Shown here: piece after piece, positions 45,797-56,877 of the stretch | Layout: each line of letters opens with the position of its first letter | Position numbering within the stretch: the stretch's first letter is position 1 | NCBI GenBank assembly: GCA_051313645.2 | Contig: JBNRSN020000019.1 | Span: 35,340,001 to 35,404,000, forward strand | Direction: 5' to 3' | Length of the DNA: 64,000 nt | DNA from: Centroscyllium fabricii | Taxonomy: Eukaryota | Made by a program: the position numbers and the translations under genes | Notes under the pieces: generated by a model | Told to the model about the DNA's origin: nothing | Seen by the model: only the letters and a program-made list of their open reading frames with translations | The model's database searches: none

Positions 45797-48700
45797 CTAC
45801 TAAGAGTCGGCGGTACAGTGAGGGGGATCGCACGTTTATCAGGTCGGAGGTCGGGCGGATGCTGAAGGAGGGGATAATTGAAGCCAGCACCAGCCCCAAG
45901 TTGTAGTGGTGAAGTCTGGCGAAAAACAGCGGCTGGTTATCGATTACAGCCAGACTATCAACCGCTACACCGGGCTCGACGCCTACCCCCCTTCCCCGCA
46001 TCTCGGAAATGGTCAACCAGATCGCCCAGTACAAGGTGTTCTCTACGATCGACCTTAAATCGGCGTATCACCAACTCCCGATTCGGAAAGCCGACCGCCC
46101 CTACACCGCCTTCGAGGCGAACGGTCAGCTCTACCACTTCCTCCGGGTCCCCTTTGGCGTGACCAACGGGGTGTCAGTGTTCCAACGAGAGATGGACCGT
46201 ATGGTTGACCAAAACGACTTGCAGGCCACTTTCCCTTACCTGGACAACGTGACCATCTGCGGCCACGACCAGCAGGACCACGATGCCAATCTGGCCAAAT
46301 TCCTCGCCACGGCGGACAAGCTGGACCTTACGTATAACAAGGACAAATGTGTCTTTAATACAGCCCGGCTCGCCATCCTCGGATACGTGGTGGAGAACGG
46401 GCTCCTCGGCCCCGACCCACAGCGTATGCGACCCCTGCAAGAACTGCCCCTACCTCACAACCCCAAAGCCTTGAGGAGATGCCTAGGATTTTTCTCCTAT
46501 TATGCACAATGGGTCCCACAGTTCGCAGATAAGGCTAGACCACTCCTCAAGGCTGCCGTATTCCCCCTTTCTGTAGAAGCCCAAACGGCATTCGCAAGGA
46601 TAAAGGAAGATATTATCAAGGCGACCATGCTCGCTGTTGATGAATCCATCCCTTTCGAGTTGGAGAGCGACGCTTCGGACTTTGCCCTTGCTGCCACCCT
46701 GAATCAGGCAGGCAGGCCCATAGCGTTTTTCTCCCGCACCTTACAGGGACCCGAAACTCGCCACTCAGCAGTGGAAAAGGAGGCCCAGGCCATCGTGGAG
46801 GCCGTGCGCTACTGGCGTCATTACCTGGCTGGTAAGCGCCTTACCCTGCTCACCGACCAACGGTCGGTGGCGTTTATGTTTAACAATAAACTACGGGGTA
46901 AAATCAAGAATGATAAGATCCTGCGGTGGCGGATCGAACTCTCGACTTACGAGTACGACATTCTTTACCGACCAGGCAAACTCAACGAATCCCCGGACGC
47001 ACTGTCCAGGGGAACGTGCGCCAGTGCCCAGCTCGACCGGCTGAAGGACCTCCACGACCGCCTTTGCCACCCGGGTGTCACCAGACTCGCCCACTTCATC
47101 AAATCTCGTAGCCTCCCCTACTCCATCACGGAGATCAAGGCTATGACCCGAGAGTGCCCTGTCTGCGCCGAGTGCAAACCCCACTTTTTCCTGCCAGACA
47201 CGGCGCACCTCATTAAGGCCACCCGCCCCTTTGAACGTCTCAGCGTGGACTTCAAAGGACCCCTCCCTTCCACCGACCGCAACTCATACTTCCTCACGGT
47301 AGTGGATGAGTTCTCCCGCTTCCCCTTCGCCTTCCCCTGCCCAGACATGACGAGCGCAACGGTGATCAAACACTTCACCGTTTTCGGTCTCCCCAGCTAC
47401 ATCCATAGCGACCGGGGGTCATCGTTCATGAGCGATGAACTGCACCAGTTTCTGCTCCAGAGAGGGGTTGCCACGAGCAGAACGACCAGTTATAACCCCC
47501 GGGGGAACGGCCAGGTAGAAAGGGAGAATGGGATCATTTGGAAGGCGGTCACTCTGGCTCTCAAGTCCAGAGGCCTTCCGGTGTCCCATTGGCAGGCAGT
47601 CCTCCCAGACGCGCTGCACTCTATACGCTCTCAATTATGTACTGCCACTAATGCCACCCCGCACGATCTGATTTTCTCTTTCAACAGGAGATCGACTTCG
47701 GGGACAGCTCTTCCTCCATGGCTGACGACTCCGGGGCCGGTTTTGCTTAAAAGGCATGTCCGGAGCCACAAGACGGACCCCCTGGTGGACAAGGTACAGC
47801 TCCTACACGCAAACCCGCACTATGCCTTCGTGCAGTTCCCGGACGGGCGTGAGGACACCGTGTCCATCAGGGACCTGGCTCCCGCAGGGAGCAGCACCGC
47901 AGAGCCCCCGGCCGGCCAGCAGGCCGATCAACCACCAGACACACGATGGCCCCTGAGTTTCCCCGACTACGACCCGGACGGCGGGGACCAACCGAGCCCA
48001 CTGCCACCTGAAGCCACAGCGCCGGCAGACGCGGGCGATTCGACCCAGGAGGCACCACCACCAACACCGGAGCGCCGGCAATCCTCCAGGCAGACACGAC
48101 CGCCGGACAGACTTATTGTGAACTGTTCGACCCATTCACCACCCCCGGACTCAACGTTTTTAAGAAGGGGTGAATGTGGTAACCCTTTTATGTCTGTTCT
48201 ACCACTGTACCATTATGGCTAATAATGGGCTGTGCAGATGTTAGGCACAGCCCTGTATACTGTGACACTGTTGGGAGCCAGGTCAGCCACACCTCCAACT
48301 CCTCCCCCAGGTGAGGCCCATTATAGGTGAGATCTGACCGAGGCTCCTTCATTCCTGTACTGAAGTTCGTTCCGGAGGGTAGCTCCATTCTTAGCAATTA
48401 AAAGCCTTTAGTTTCGGTAACTACTCGTCGACTCTTTTAATCGAAGGTATTGACGATACGTCACCATGCCATACAAATTTCGCTGACATCAGTTCCTGGG
48501 AGGCCTTCATTCCCGGGTGTGACAACCCATGTATGGCATCGAACACTTTGCGGCACCAAATGACCGGCACAACAGGGCGAGGATCCTGTATGGAGACATC
48601 ACACAACAGCGTGGTAGCTGCCGAATGGAACTTGACGTCGGTCAGCTGGAGGCTGGTGACGGCCGTTCTGTAAGCTTGGACCTCCGGGTCTGAAGCTTGA

Positions 48701-49982
48701 TCCGCTGCCATGGGGGCGTAGTCGATGCCCGAATGGACCGTATTGACAGCCGCGCGGGAGAGGCAGTCTGCTGCCAGGTTGTCCTTACTGGCCGTGTGCT
48801 GTATATCCGTGGTGAATTCAGATATGTAGGTCAGTTGTCTCTGCTGTCGGGCTGACCATGGTTCGGCGGTCTTGGCCATTGCAAAGGTTAGCGGCTTATG
48901 GTCCACAAAGGTGGTGAAAGGCTGCCCTTCAAGTAGGAACCAAAAATGGTGGATGGCCAGAAAAAGTGCGAGCAACTCACGGTCGAATGTGCTTTATGCT
49001 CTCTCGTTCTGCCGTAGTTGACGGCTCAAGAATGCCAATGGCTGCCATGTCCCTTTCACCCACTGCTGTTGAACCGCACCGACTGTGTAGTCCGACGCGT
49101 CGGTGGTGAGTGCGATGGTGGCTCCTGACAGCGGGTGCGCCAGCATAGTCGCGTTGGCTAAGGCGCTTTTGGTGTCGGCGAACGCTTGGGCCATGTCATC
49201 TGTCCAGTCCACCTGGTTCTTGCCAGTCTTGCCCTTGAGGCCTCGTACAGGGGCTGCATGAGTAGTGCCGCCTTAGGCACAAAACGGTGGTAAACGTTTA
49301 CCATGCCCAGGAATTCCTGCAGGGCCTTAATGTTCTGCGGGCATGGGAAGGACGTTACCGCCTCTACCTTGGAAGGTAAAGGAACCGCTCCCTCTGAGGT
49401 GATGCGATGCCCTAGGAAATCGATTTGGTGCAGGCCAAACTGACACGAGGCTGGGTTGATAATGAGGCCGTGTTGGCTGAGACGCTGAAAAAGTGTGCGT
49501 AGATGACAGGTATGTTCTTCCTTAGTAGGATTGGCAATTATAATATCATCCAGGTAGACAAAGAGGAACTTGAGGTCCCGCAGCACTGAGTCCATCAGGC
49601 ACAGGAAAGCCTGGGTGGCGTTCTTTAACCCAAACGGCATTCGTAAAAACTCGAAGAGGCTGAATGGGGTGATGACCACGGTCTTCTGGACGTCTTGTGG
49701 ATGAACTGGGACCTGGTAGTAGCCCCGGACGAGGTCGACTTTTGAGAACACGGTGTTCCCTGCCAAATGGGCAGAGAAATCCTGAATGTGGGGGATCGGG
49801 GGAGTGGTGGCGTCGTTGAGGCGTTGATAGTCACCGCATGGCCGCCAATCGTCGCCAGGCTTCGGGACGATATGGAGGGGTGAGGAGCAGGGACTATCCA
49901 ACCGGCGAATAATCCCTAACCGTTCCATGGTCGCGAACTCCGCCGTTGCGACCGCCAGCTTGCCAGGTTCGAGATGCCGGGC

Positions 49983-50238
49983 CCAAAGATGTGCGGGTTA
50001 GGTTGATTGGCCATGATAAATTGACCCTTAGTGTTAGGGGGATTAAATATGTGGGGTTACGGGGATAGGGTGGGATATGTGTCGGTGCAGGCTCGATAGG
50101 GAGCGAGGGATATGGGGGGAAGGCAGGGGCGGGGTACTGGGTTTGGATGATCAGCCATGATCTCATTGAATGGCGGAGCAGGCTCGAAGGGCCGAATGGC
50201 CTACTCCTGCTCCTATCTTCTATGTTTCTATGTTTCTA
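49983..50238 (+). mobile_element. 5'-truncated HE1-type SINE
   Basis: Matches the 3' half of 60177-60586; (TTTCTATG)n tail. Confidence 0.9.
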
Positions 50239-51482
50239 TATGTAGACCGGGGGGTCGTTGGTGGTAAAGTGGTGTTCCACACCATGTTTCGTGGATGTGG
50301 AGGAGAACGTGGGTCTTCTCAGGCCGGGGAATTCGCCGAGCAGGCGAGTGAACTGATCAGGAGTCGGGAACGCACAGGAAATGGTGCGTGCTGTAGTGTT
50401 ACTGCGGTAACACGGGAGAGAATGAAAAGTTGCTGTGTTGATCAGCCGCCGGTTCCTAATGTCGACCAGGAGGCTGCTGGCACACAGGAAATCCGCGCTG
50501 AGGAGGGGCTGGGAAACTTTGGCTGTAACAAATTTCTAGTGAAAACATTGCCCCCCGAGGCACACCTCCACTCACCGTCTGCCGAAGGTCCGAATTGCTC
50601 CGCCATTGACCGCTTCAAGGGTGGCGCCGTGATTCCCCGTCTGCACATCGAGGGCGGACGCGGGTAAAATGCTGCACTGCGCACCGGTGTCGCACAGAAA
50701 GCGATGACCGGGGAGAGTATCAGTGATGAACAGCAATTTTCCTGCGTTGCCGACCACCATCGCTGCCGTGGGGTGCCTGTTAGACCCATTCCTCGGTGAC
50801 CGCGGTGTCAGTTGCTCATTTTTTCGGGGGGGGGGGGGCGAACTGCAGGGCGGGCGGCAACGTTTCACCTTCGCGCCGAACTGTGCGTGGTAGAAACACA
50901 GCCCAGTAGGTTGATGAGCTGGGGCGGCGTCTGTGGGGGATGAGTGCCTCGTGGCAGCACAGTACTGCCAAGTTACTGCAAAGATTTTGTCAGCCTCTAC
51001 ACCGAGTGCCCTGCAGTCTTCAATTTCGGATCTGGCCAGGGCAGCTTGGTTCAGGCAGTTGGCTGAGGAATATTTCGCGGAAGATGAAACATTCCCGTTT
51101 GGAACCCAGGAGTGTGAGCATTTGGCTCATCAACTCTGAAGGCTTGGAGTCCCGGAGCCCGGGCATAGCGAGTAATCGACGGGCGCGCTCCAATTTTATG
51201 AGCCCGAAGACCTGCTGCAACCGCGCTTTGAGGGTTTCATACTTGTGCTCCGGAGGGGGTTTTTCGAGGAGGCTGACGATCCGAGAGGCGATAGAGCTGT
51301 TGAGTGCGGAGACCATGTCGAGATATTTGGTCTGATCCGCATCAATATTCCTTAGGGCGAACTGGGCCTCGACTTGGATAAACCACGCGGGTGCTTGCTG
51401 CTCCCAGAACTGTGGTAGCTTTAATGAAACGACGTTTGCTTCCATTCTGTGTTCAATATTTTGTGAAAACATTCACAAAAAT

Positions 51483-51492
51483 GGGGTCACCA
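51483..51492 (-). promoter_or_regulatory. Primer binding site of element C, tRNA-Trp type
   Basis: TGGTGACCCC one base after the 5' LTR. Confidence 0.82.
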
Positions 51493-52018
51493 ATGTAGGA
51501 ATTGCCGAATTCCTACGAAAAAACGGAGATCTACACAGGAGTACAATCAAACAGGTCTTTACTTCAAGAAAAAGCTGCAGGGACTGCTTGGGCAGCCCTG
51601 TGGTTTGTGACGTGATGTCATCACGTTTGCCCGTGTTTTCCCACGCTTTTAAAGGGGCCACGCCCCGTATATACAAACACTATATACAAAACACAGTAAT
51701 GCCTAACACAATGGTACAGGTTTAGGCTGGTGTTAGATCATCGTTAAAGGGAATTATATACAGTTAGCCAGAGTCATTCAGTGGTCCTGCCACAACTATC
51801 CCTTTAAACTTCAGGTAAATTTTCCCTTCTCAAGTGCTAGAAACTACAAATCATATCAATGTATCTTATCAATTCCAACTTGAGAATTAAATGATGCCCA
51901 AGCTTAGTGTTATTACATTAGATACAGAAATGCTTGCAATTTCTTTCGTAGGTAACGTCAATATATCCCACTCCCCCAGCAAAGTGTTATCCCAAATTGT
52001 CATCATGCTTTGACATTT

Positions 52019-53350
52019 GGGTGGCAATTTCGCCTACCGAGGCGGGTTCAGTGTGCCGGGGTCGGCAGCGCAGTCCCAGCCCACTGCCTGCTCCATCCTG
52101 CTCTGTTGAAATGATTTTATGTTGATAGGGCTTATTAAGCCCGCCCAGCGAGGTTCCCGGCCAATTATTAGGAAGTAGGTCTGATGATGTCATTTGATGA
52201 TGCAGCATCAGCCTGTTTCCTTAAAGGAGCCATGCCCAAATTTATTTTGACAGTTGTGCTGTCAGTTGTTCTACAACATTGAGGTGCTGCAAACACTGAC
52301 ATTGACTGCACAAAGGTGCACAGCTGCACCCAGGTTCTCCCATGACTCCCTCCATATGCTTATGGACAGAGTCACAGCAGGTAGGGAGGTTCTCTTCCCA
52401 TCCCGTGGGTGGAAGAGACCTCCCCAGGAAATCAACACAGCCAGGTTGCACATTGCACAGGAGGGCACAAGCAGCGATGTGGTCAGGAGGACTAGGCTGC
52501 AGTGGCACAAACCTTTCAATAATTTCAGTCGATCACGAAATGTGCAAAGCCACACTCAACCTCATCTTGCTGTGTCACCCATCACATCCCCATCACTCTG
52601 CCTTCCCTACCCTACTCCTGCACATCCTTACTCACACCAACTTAGCTTGCACCTCCACCCATCCCTCTCGATCTACATTATCACTTCCCCATCTCACTAG
52701 CCACCCCTCACTCTCATCCTCATCCTAGTGCAAGCATACCAACTAACAACACACAAGGGTAGGCATTTGGGTGTTTTAGCCAATGTTCATGTGAAGTTTC
52801 TGGTAAACATTAAAATCATTATTTTCATCACTTTGCGTTCTTGGACAGATTTCTCTACACCTTTGGAAGTGGCTTAGTGAGTTGCAGAGAATGGTGAGAC
52901 ATAAGGGGACCCCCCCCCCCCCCGCAATGGTGATGAGTGTGTAAGAAACGGCTTGGGCATTGCAGGGATGTTTTATGGTGTTGGTGTAGGCTGGTGCCAA
53001 CCTGGTGCATCATGTGGCAGCCAGGGTATACAGCATCAAGTGAATAAATCTGGCTATGGTGAGGCCATCCCAGGCGTCCCGGGCAGCAATGTGCATGGGT
53101 GATGATGCCCTGTGTCCTGTGCAGCATCAGTTGATTGAGGAGAAAGTTGGTGTTGATGCTGAGGGTGTGCCTGGTGATGCTGGTGTTGGGGCAGATTATG
53201 GTGGGATTCTGAGGACCAAGGTGAGATATTTTCAAGGGCACCGATGTGGATGAAATAGATGGCAGGTGAGGTTGAGATTGAGAGTAGTTGATCCAATGAG
53301 ATGGCACTGGATAGAGAGTTGGCTGCAAACACTTTCAAGCTGCAGAAAGC
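52019..53350. mobile_element. Internally deleted Harbinger relic (Myb remnant on + at ~52320-52535; probable transposase remnant on -)
   Basis: AAPRFSHDSL..REVLFP..RRTRLQWHKPFNNFSRS; GGGTGGCAATTTC start. Confidence 0.68.
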
Positions 53351-53355
53351 TCAAT

Positions 53356-54031
53356 GGGGAAAAATTGGGTTGATTTGTGCCTCTTGTTAGTGCCCCCGTT
53401 AGTTAGCTGGTAGCGTCCTGTGGTGCTACACTGTCAGTGATGGTGTCATCGCCGAGCGACGCGAGCCCTTAGCGCCCTGCTGCGGCCCCCTTACCACCCA
53501 AAAATACGGCTGCGCCCCGTGAAGCTGCCGCGGATGATGTCAGCGACAGCCTCATGGATCATGAACCGGGCTGACATCTGCTCGCGAGGTGGTGATTAAA
53601 CGGGAAGCCCAGCTGTGCCCCGCACCGCCATTTCAATGTTTTGGTCGATCTCCAGGATGGCCCCTCGTGGCGGCCCTTGGCATGGGCTGTGGCCACCATC
53701 GCACAGCCCGGCACTGCCACCCTGGTGGGCTAGTGGGGGCTGTCAAATGGCCTGAAGAGTGTGCAGCATCCCTCCCGTTTAACAGAAGGGAAGGGGTGAT
53801 GAAACGCGTTAGCGTTATGCGGAGCAGCCACGTAATACTCCGACGCTACTGTACGTTGTACCCCAGACACCGCCCCGAGAGGAAGTAGAGTGCCCGAGAT
53901 AGTGCTCCGCTTCCTCACCGGGGCGGGAAGCCCAATTTAGCAGCCAGGGTGGAACTCCTGCGCTGGGCGCTAAATGGCTGGCGCTAATTTGGTTACCGCC
54001 CCCAAACGGGGCGTAACCGAATTTCTTCCCC
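53356..54031. mobile_element. Harbinger-type MITE
   Basis: GGGGAAAAATT...AATTTCTTCCCC imperfect terminal inverted repeats flanked by a 3-bp AAT duplication. Confidence 0.65.
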
Positions 54032-54656
54032 AATATGTCTTCCAAATGCAGTAATCAACAGTTTCTGAGCTTTGAAAGTGAACAGCTGTAACCTGGGATT
54101 TTTTTATACAACTTTGGCAGCTGTCAGGTCATGAGATAATTCAATGTTGAATCCACTCATGACATGCTGAGCTGACATGTTCCCCGGGCAACGTGTAACC
54201 TGTGGGGAACACGTAAAATTGAAAGGTAGGCAGAAAAGAATTCTTAATTGGCTGTTAACAGTGCTTTTAATGATGTCAAATGCCTCCCCCGCCACTTGGT
54301 GTTGGGTCTGTTCAGCGCTGACAGACCTGACACCTGGGAGACTCGTGTGGAGGCGGGTTGACAACAGGGTCCCGAACTGCTGTCAATCATTTCTATTTTC
54401 ACAGCTGACCCGCCTCCGATCCCATCCTCTCAGCGCCAGTAAAATTCCAGCCTTGATGTCTTCTGATAAGGTGTTAAATTGGATCGCTCCCTGCACCAAC
54501 ATTTTTCGAGCAAAGGTAATTTCCTAATTCTGTGAAGTCATTTTTACGTCAAAGAACTATTCTTGTTAATTGTACTAGCAATGGTCATGTGGCCTCGAAA
54601 ACCATGGTCCCCTATTTAAAAGAAAATAAAACAGAAAATTCATTGTGGCTCTTCTT

Positions 54657-55290
54657 GTGGGTCCCGAGAGACCGCAGCAGGAGCAGAGCGGACCGAGTTC
54701 GCGGGCTTTTTTTAAAGCCAGGGGGCGGGGCAGAGCGGAGCGGACCTAGCAGAGGTCGGAGCACTGCAACAGCAGCGGGAAGGCGGCTATAAAGAGCCGA
54801 GCGGCGCAGAGCTGAGCTAGGTGGGTCCTGAGAGACCGCAGCAGGAGCAGAGCGGACCGAGTTCGCGGGCTTTTTTTAAAGCCAGGGGGCGGGGCAGAGC
54901 GGAGCGGACCTAGCAGAGGTCGGAGCACTGCAACAGCAGCGGGAAGGCGCCTATAAAGAGCCGAGCGGCGCAGAGCTGAGCTAGGTGGGTCCCGAGAGAC
55001 CGCAGCAGGAGCAGAGCGGACCGAGTTCGCGGGCTTTTTTTAAAGCCAGGGGGCGGGGCAGAGCGGAGCGGACCTAGCAGAGGTCGGAGCACTGCAACAG
55101 CAGCGGGAAGGCGGCTATAAAGAGCCGAGCGGCGCAGAGCTGAGCTAGGTGGGTCCCGAGAGACCGCAGCAGGAGCAGAGCGGACCGAGTTCGCGGGCTT
55201 TTTTTTTTTTTTTTAAAGCCAGGGGGCGGGGCAGAGCGGAGCGGACCTAGCAGAGGTCGGAGCACTGCAACAGAGGGGAGGCGGCTACAA
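54657..55290 (+). repeat. 164-bp tandem monomers (3 full, 1 partial) in the CR1 5' UTR
   Basis: Units start at 54657, 54821, 54985 and 55149; all contain GGGGCGGGG and the three full units contain TATAAA. Confidence 0.95.
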
Positions 55291-55810
55291 AAGGCGCCGA
55301 GGAGCGAAGCCCAGGACACAGCGGCAGCGCGGGCTTTACAAAAAGCCAGGGGAGCAGCGCGACTGAAGCGGCCCTAGGAGAGGGCACGTAGTCGGAAGCG
55401 CAGCCGTTCAGCAGCGTCGCCGAGGAGCGGGGGGCGGGACAAGTCTCTGCAAGTCTCGCGGGACTTTCTTTGCAGTATAAAAGGGGAGCGGTGTGCTAAA
55501 CCCGAAACACTACGTGGTAGTGTTTCCCACCCTTCCATCCTCCTCTAACCTTAGGGGGTTAGAGCGATTTTAAAAAAGGTAAGTTCAAATTACTTTATTT
55601 TCAGGAGCCCAACCTAGGTGGAAAGGGTTCCAGGACGGAGAAAAACCTTCACAACAGGAGGCAAGGGACTGGTGAGTACTTTCCTCAAACTTTTCTAAAA
55701 ACTACTAAAAGTAGGGGGATTCAGTAAATCTAAAAAGGAAACGTAGGGTACTTTATAGACCGGTCTAAAGTCAGAATAGATTAAGTCTACTAAGGGATTT
55801 AAGATATAAA

Positions 55811-56770
55811 ATGGGAGACATGGTAGTGCAGGCCATCGCAGTCATGTGCTCCACCTGTAATATGTGGGAGTTCAGGGGCCCGGACGGGGCCCCTGAGGTG
55901 CACGTATGCAGGAAATGCATCCATCTACAGAACTTAGCCGACCGCATGGCGGCGCTGGAGCTGCGGATGGATGCATTACGGGGCGTAGGCAACGATGAGC
56001 GGGTCGTGGACAGCACGTCTGAGAGGGTGGTCACACCAAAGACTAGAGTAGACCAGATAGAAGGAAATTGGGTGACCACCAAGAGGAGTGCCAGAGTGAG
56101 GAAGGAAGTGCAGGGAACCCCTGTGGCCGTCCCCCTGTCCAACAGTTATACCGCTTTGAATACTGTGGAGGGGGAGGACCTACCAGGGGAGGGCAGCAGC
56201 AGCCTACTTCCTGGCACTAGGGGTGCTGGGGCTGCCCAGAATGGGAGGGAAACTACTGTGCCAGCAGTAGTAATAGGGGATTCAATCGTAAGGGGCACAG
56301 AGAGGCGGTTCTGCGGCCGCAGACGTGACACCAGGATGGTTACTTGCCTCCCTGGTGCCAGGGTCCGGGATGTCACGGATCGGCTGCAGGACATCTTGAG
56401 GGGGGAGGGGAACCAGGTAGAAGTTGTGGTCCACATTGGCACCAACGACATAGGAAAAAAGGGGGACGAGGTCCTGCAAAGAGAATTTAGGGAGCTGGGT
56501 AAAAAGCTAAAAAGCAGGACCCCAAAGGTTGTAATCTCTGGATTACTCCCAGTGCCACGAGCTAGTGAGTATAGGAACCGTAAGATAGAGCAGCTTAATT
56601 CGTGGCTAAGAAGTTGGTGTAGGAAGGAGGGTTTCAGCTTTTTGGACAATTGGTCTTGCTTCTGGGGTAAGTGGAACCTGTACATGCCGGACGGGTTGCA
56701 CCTGAACCGGAATGGGACCAATATCCTTGCGGGAAGGTTTGATAGTCGGGTTGGGGTGGGTTTAAACTGA
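55811..56770 (+). CDS. CR1 ORF1, 319 aa: zinc-finger/leucine-zipper plus SGNH esterase domain
   Basis: CSTC..CRKC, heptad leucines, VIGDSIVR, CLPGA, HIGTND, DGLHLN. Confidence 0.93.
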   Translation: MGDMVVQAIAVMCSTCNMWEFRGPDGAPEVHVCRKCIHLQNLADRMAALELRMDALRGVGNDERVVDSTSERVVTPKTRVDQIEGNWVTTKRSARVRKEVQGTPVAVPLSNSYTALNTVEGEDLPGEGSSSLLPGTRGAGAAQNGRETTVPAVVIGDSIVRGTERRFCGRRRDTRMVTCLPGARVRDVTDRLQDILRGEGNQVEVVVHIGTNDIGKKGDEVLQREFRELGKKLKSRTPKVVISGLLPVPRASEYRNRKIEQLNSWLRSWCRKEGFSFLDNWSCFWGKWNLYMPDGLHLNRNGTNILAGRFDSRVGVGLN

Positions 56771-56877
56771 ATTGGCAGGGGGAGGGGACCCAGAGTGAAG
56801 GCATAAAGGGTAGGGGAATACAACCTAATAAAGGAAAGCAGACTAGACAGCAAAACAAGGTAGTATTAGGTCAGAGA

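Larger units (their letters stand above)
42920..48222 (+). pseudogene. Family A2 gag-pol, interrupted at 44672-45792, with small deletions near 45897
   Basis: ORFs 42920-44767 and 46009-48222 are nearly identical to the 1330-5481 protein. Confidence 0.93.
42606..48463 (+). mobile_element. Full-length Gypsy family A copy 2
   Basis: LTRs 42606-42894 and 48175-48463 (289 bp, 3 transitions, all at CpG sites); TSD CCATG (42601-42605, 48464-48468). Confidence 0.97.
41216..51794 (-). mobile_element. Ty3/Gypsy element C (CsRN1-like), decayed, with nested Gypsy A2 and a HE1 fragment
   Basis: LTRs 41216-41515 and 51494-51794; 4-bp TSD ACTA; Gag SLKLPQFW; protease FLCDTGAQ; RT VYLDDI; integrase HVNVDLVGPLP, SDRGPQF. 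Confidence 0.95.

Noticed and set aside
55811-56770. Captured cellular lipase or esterase gene
   Set aside because: An SGNH esterase domain is an established part of CR1/L2 ORF1 proteins.
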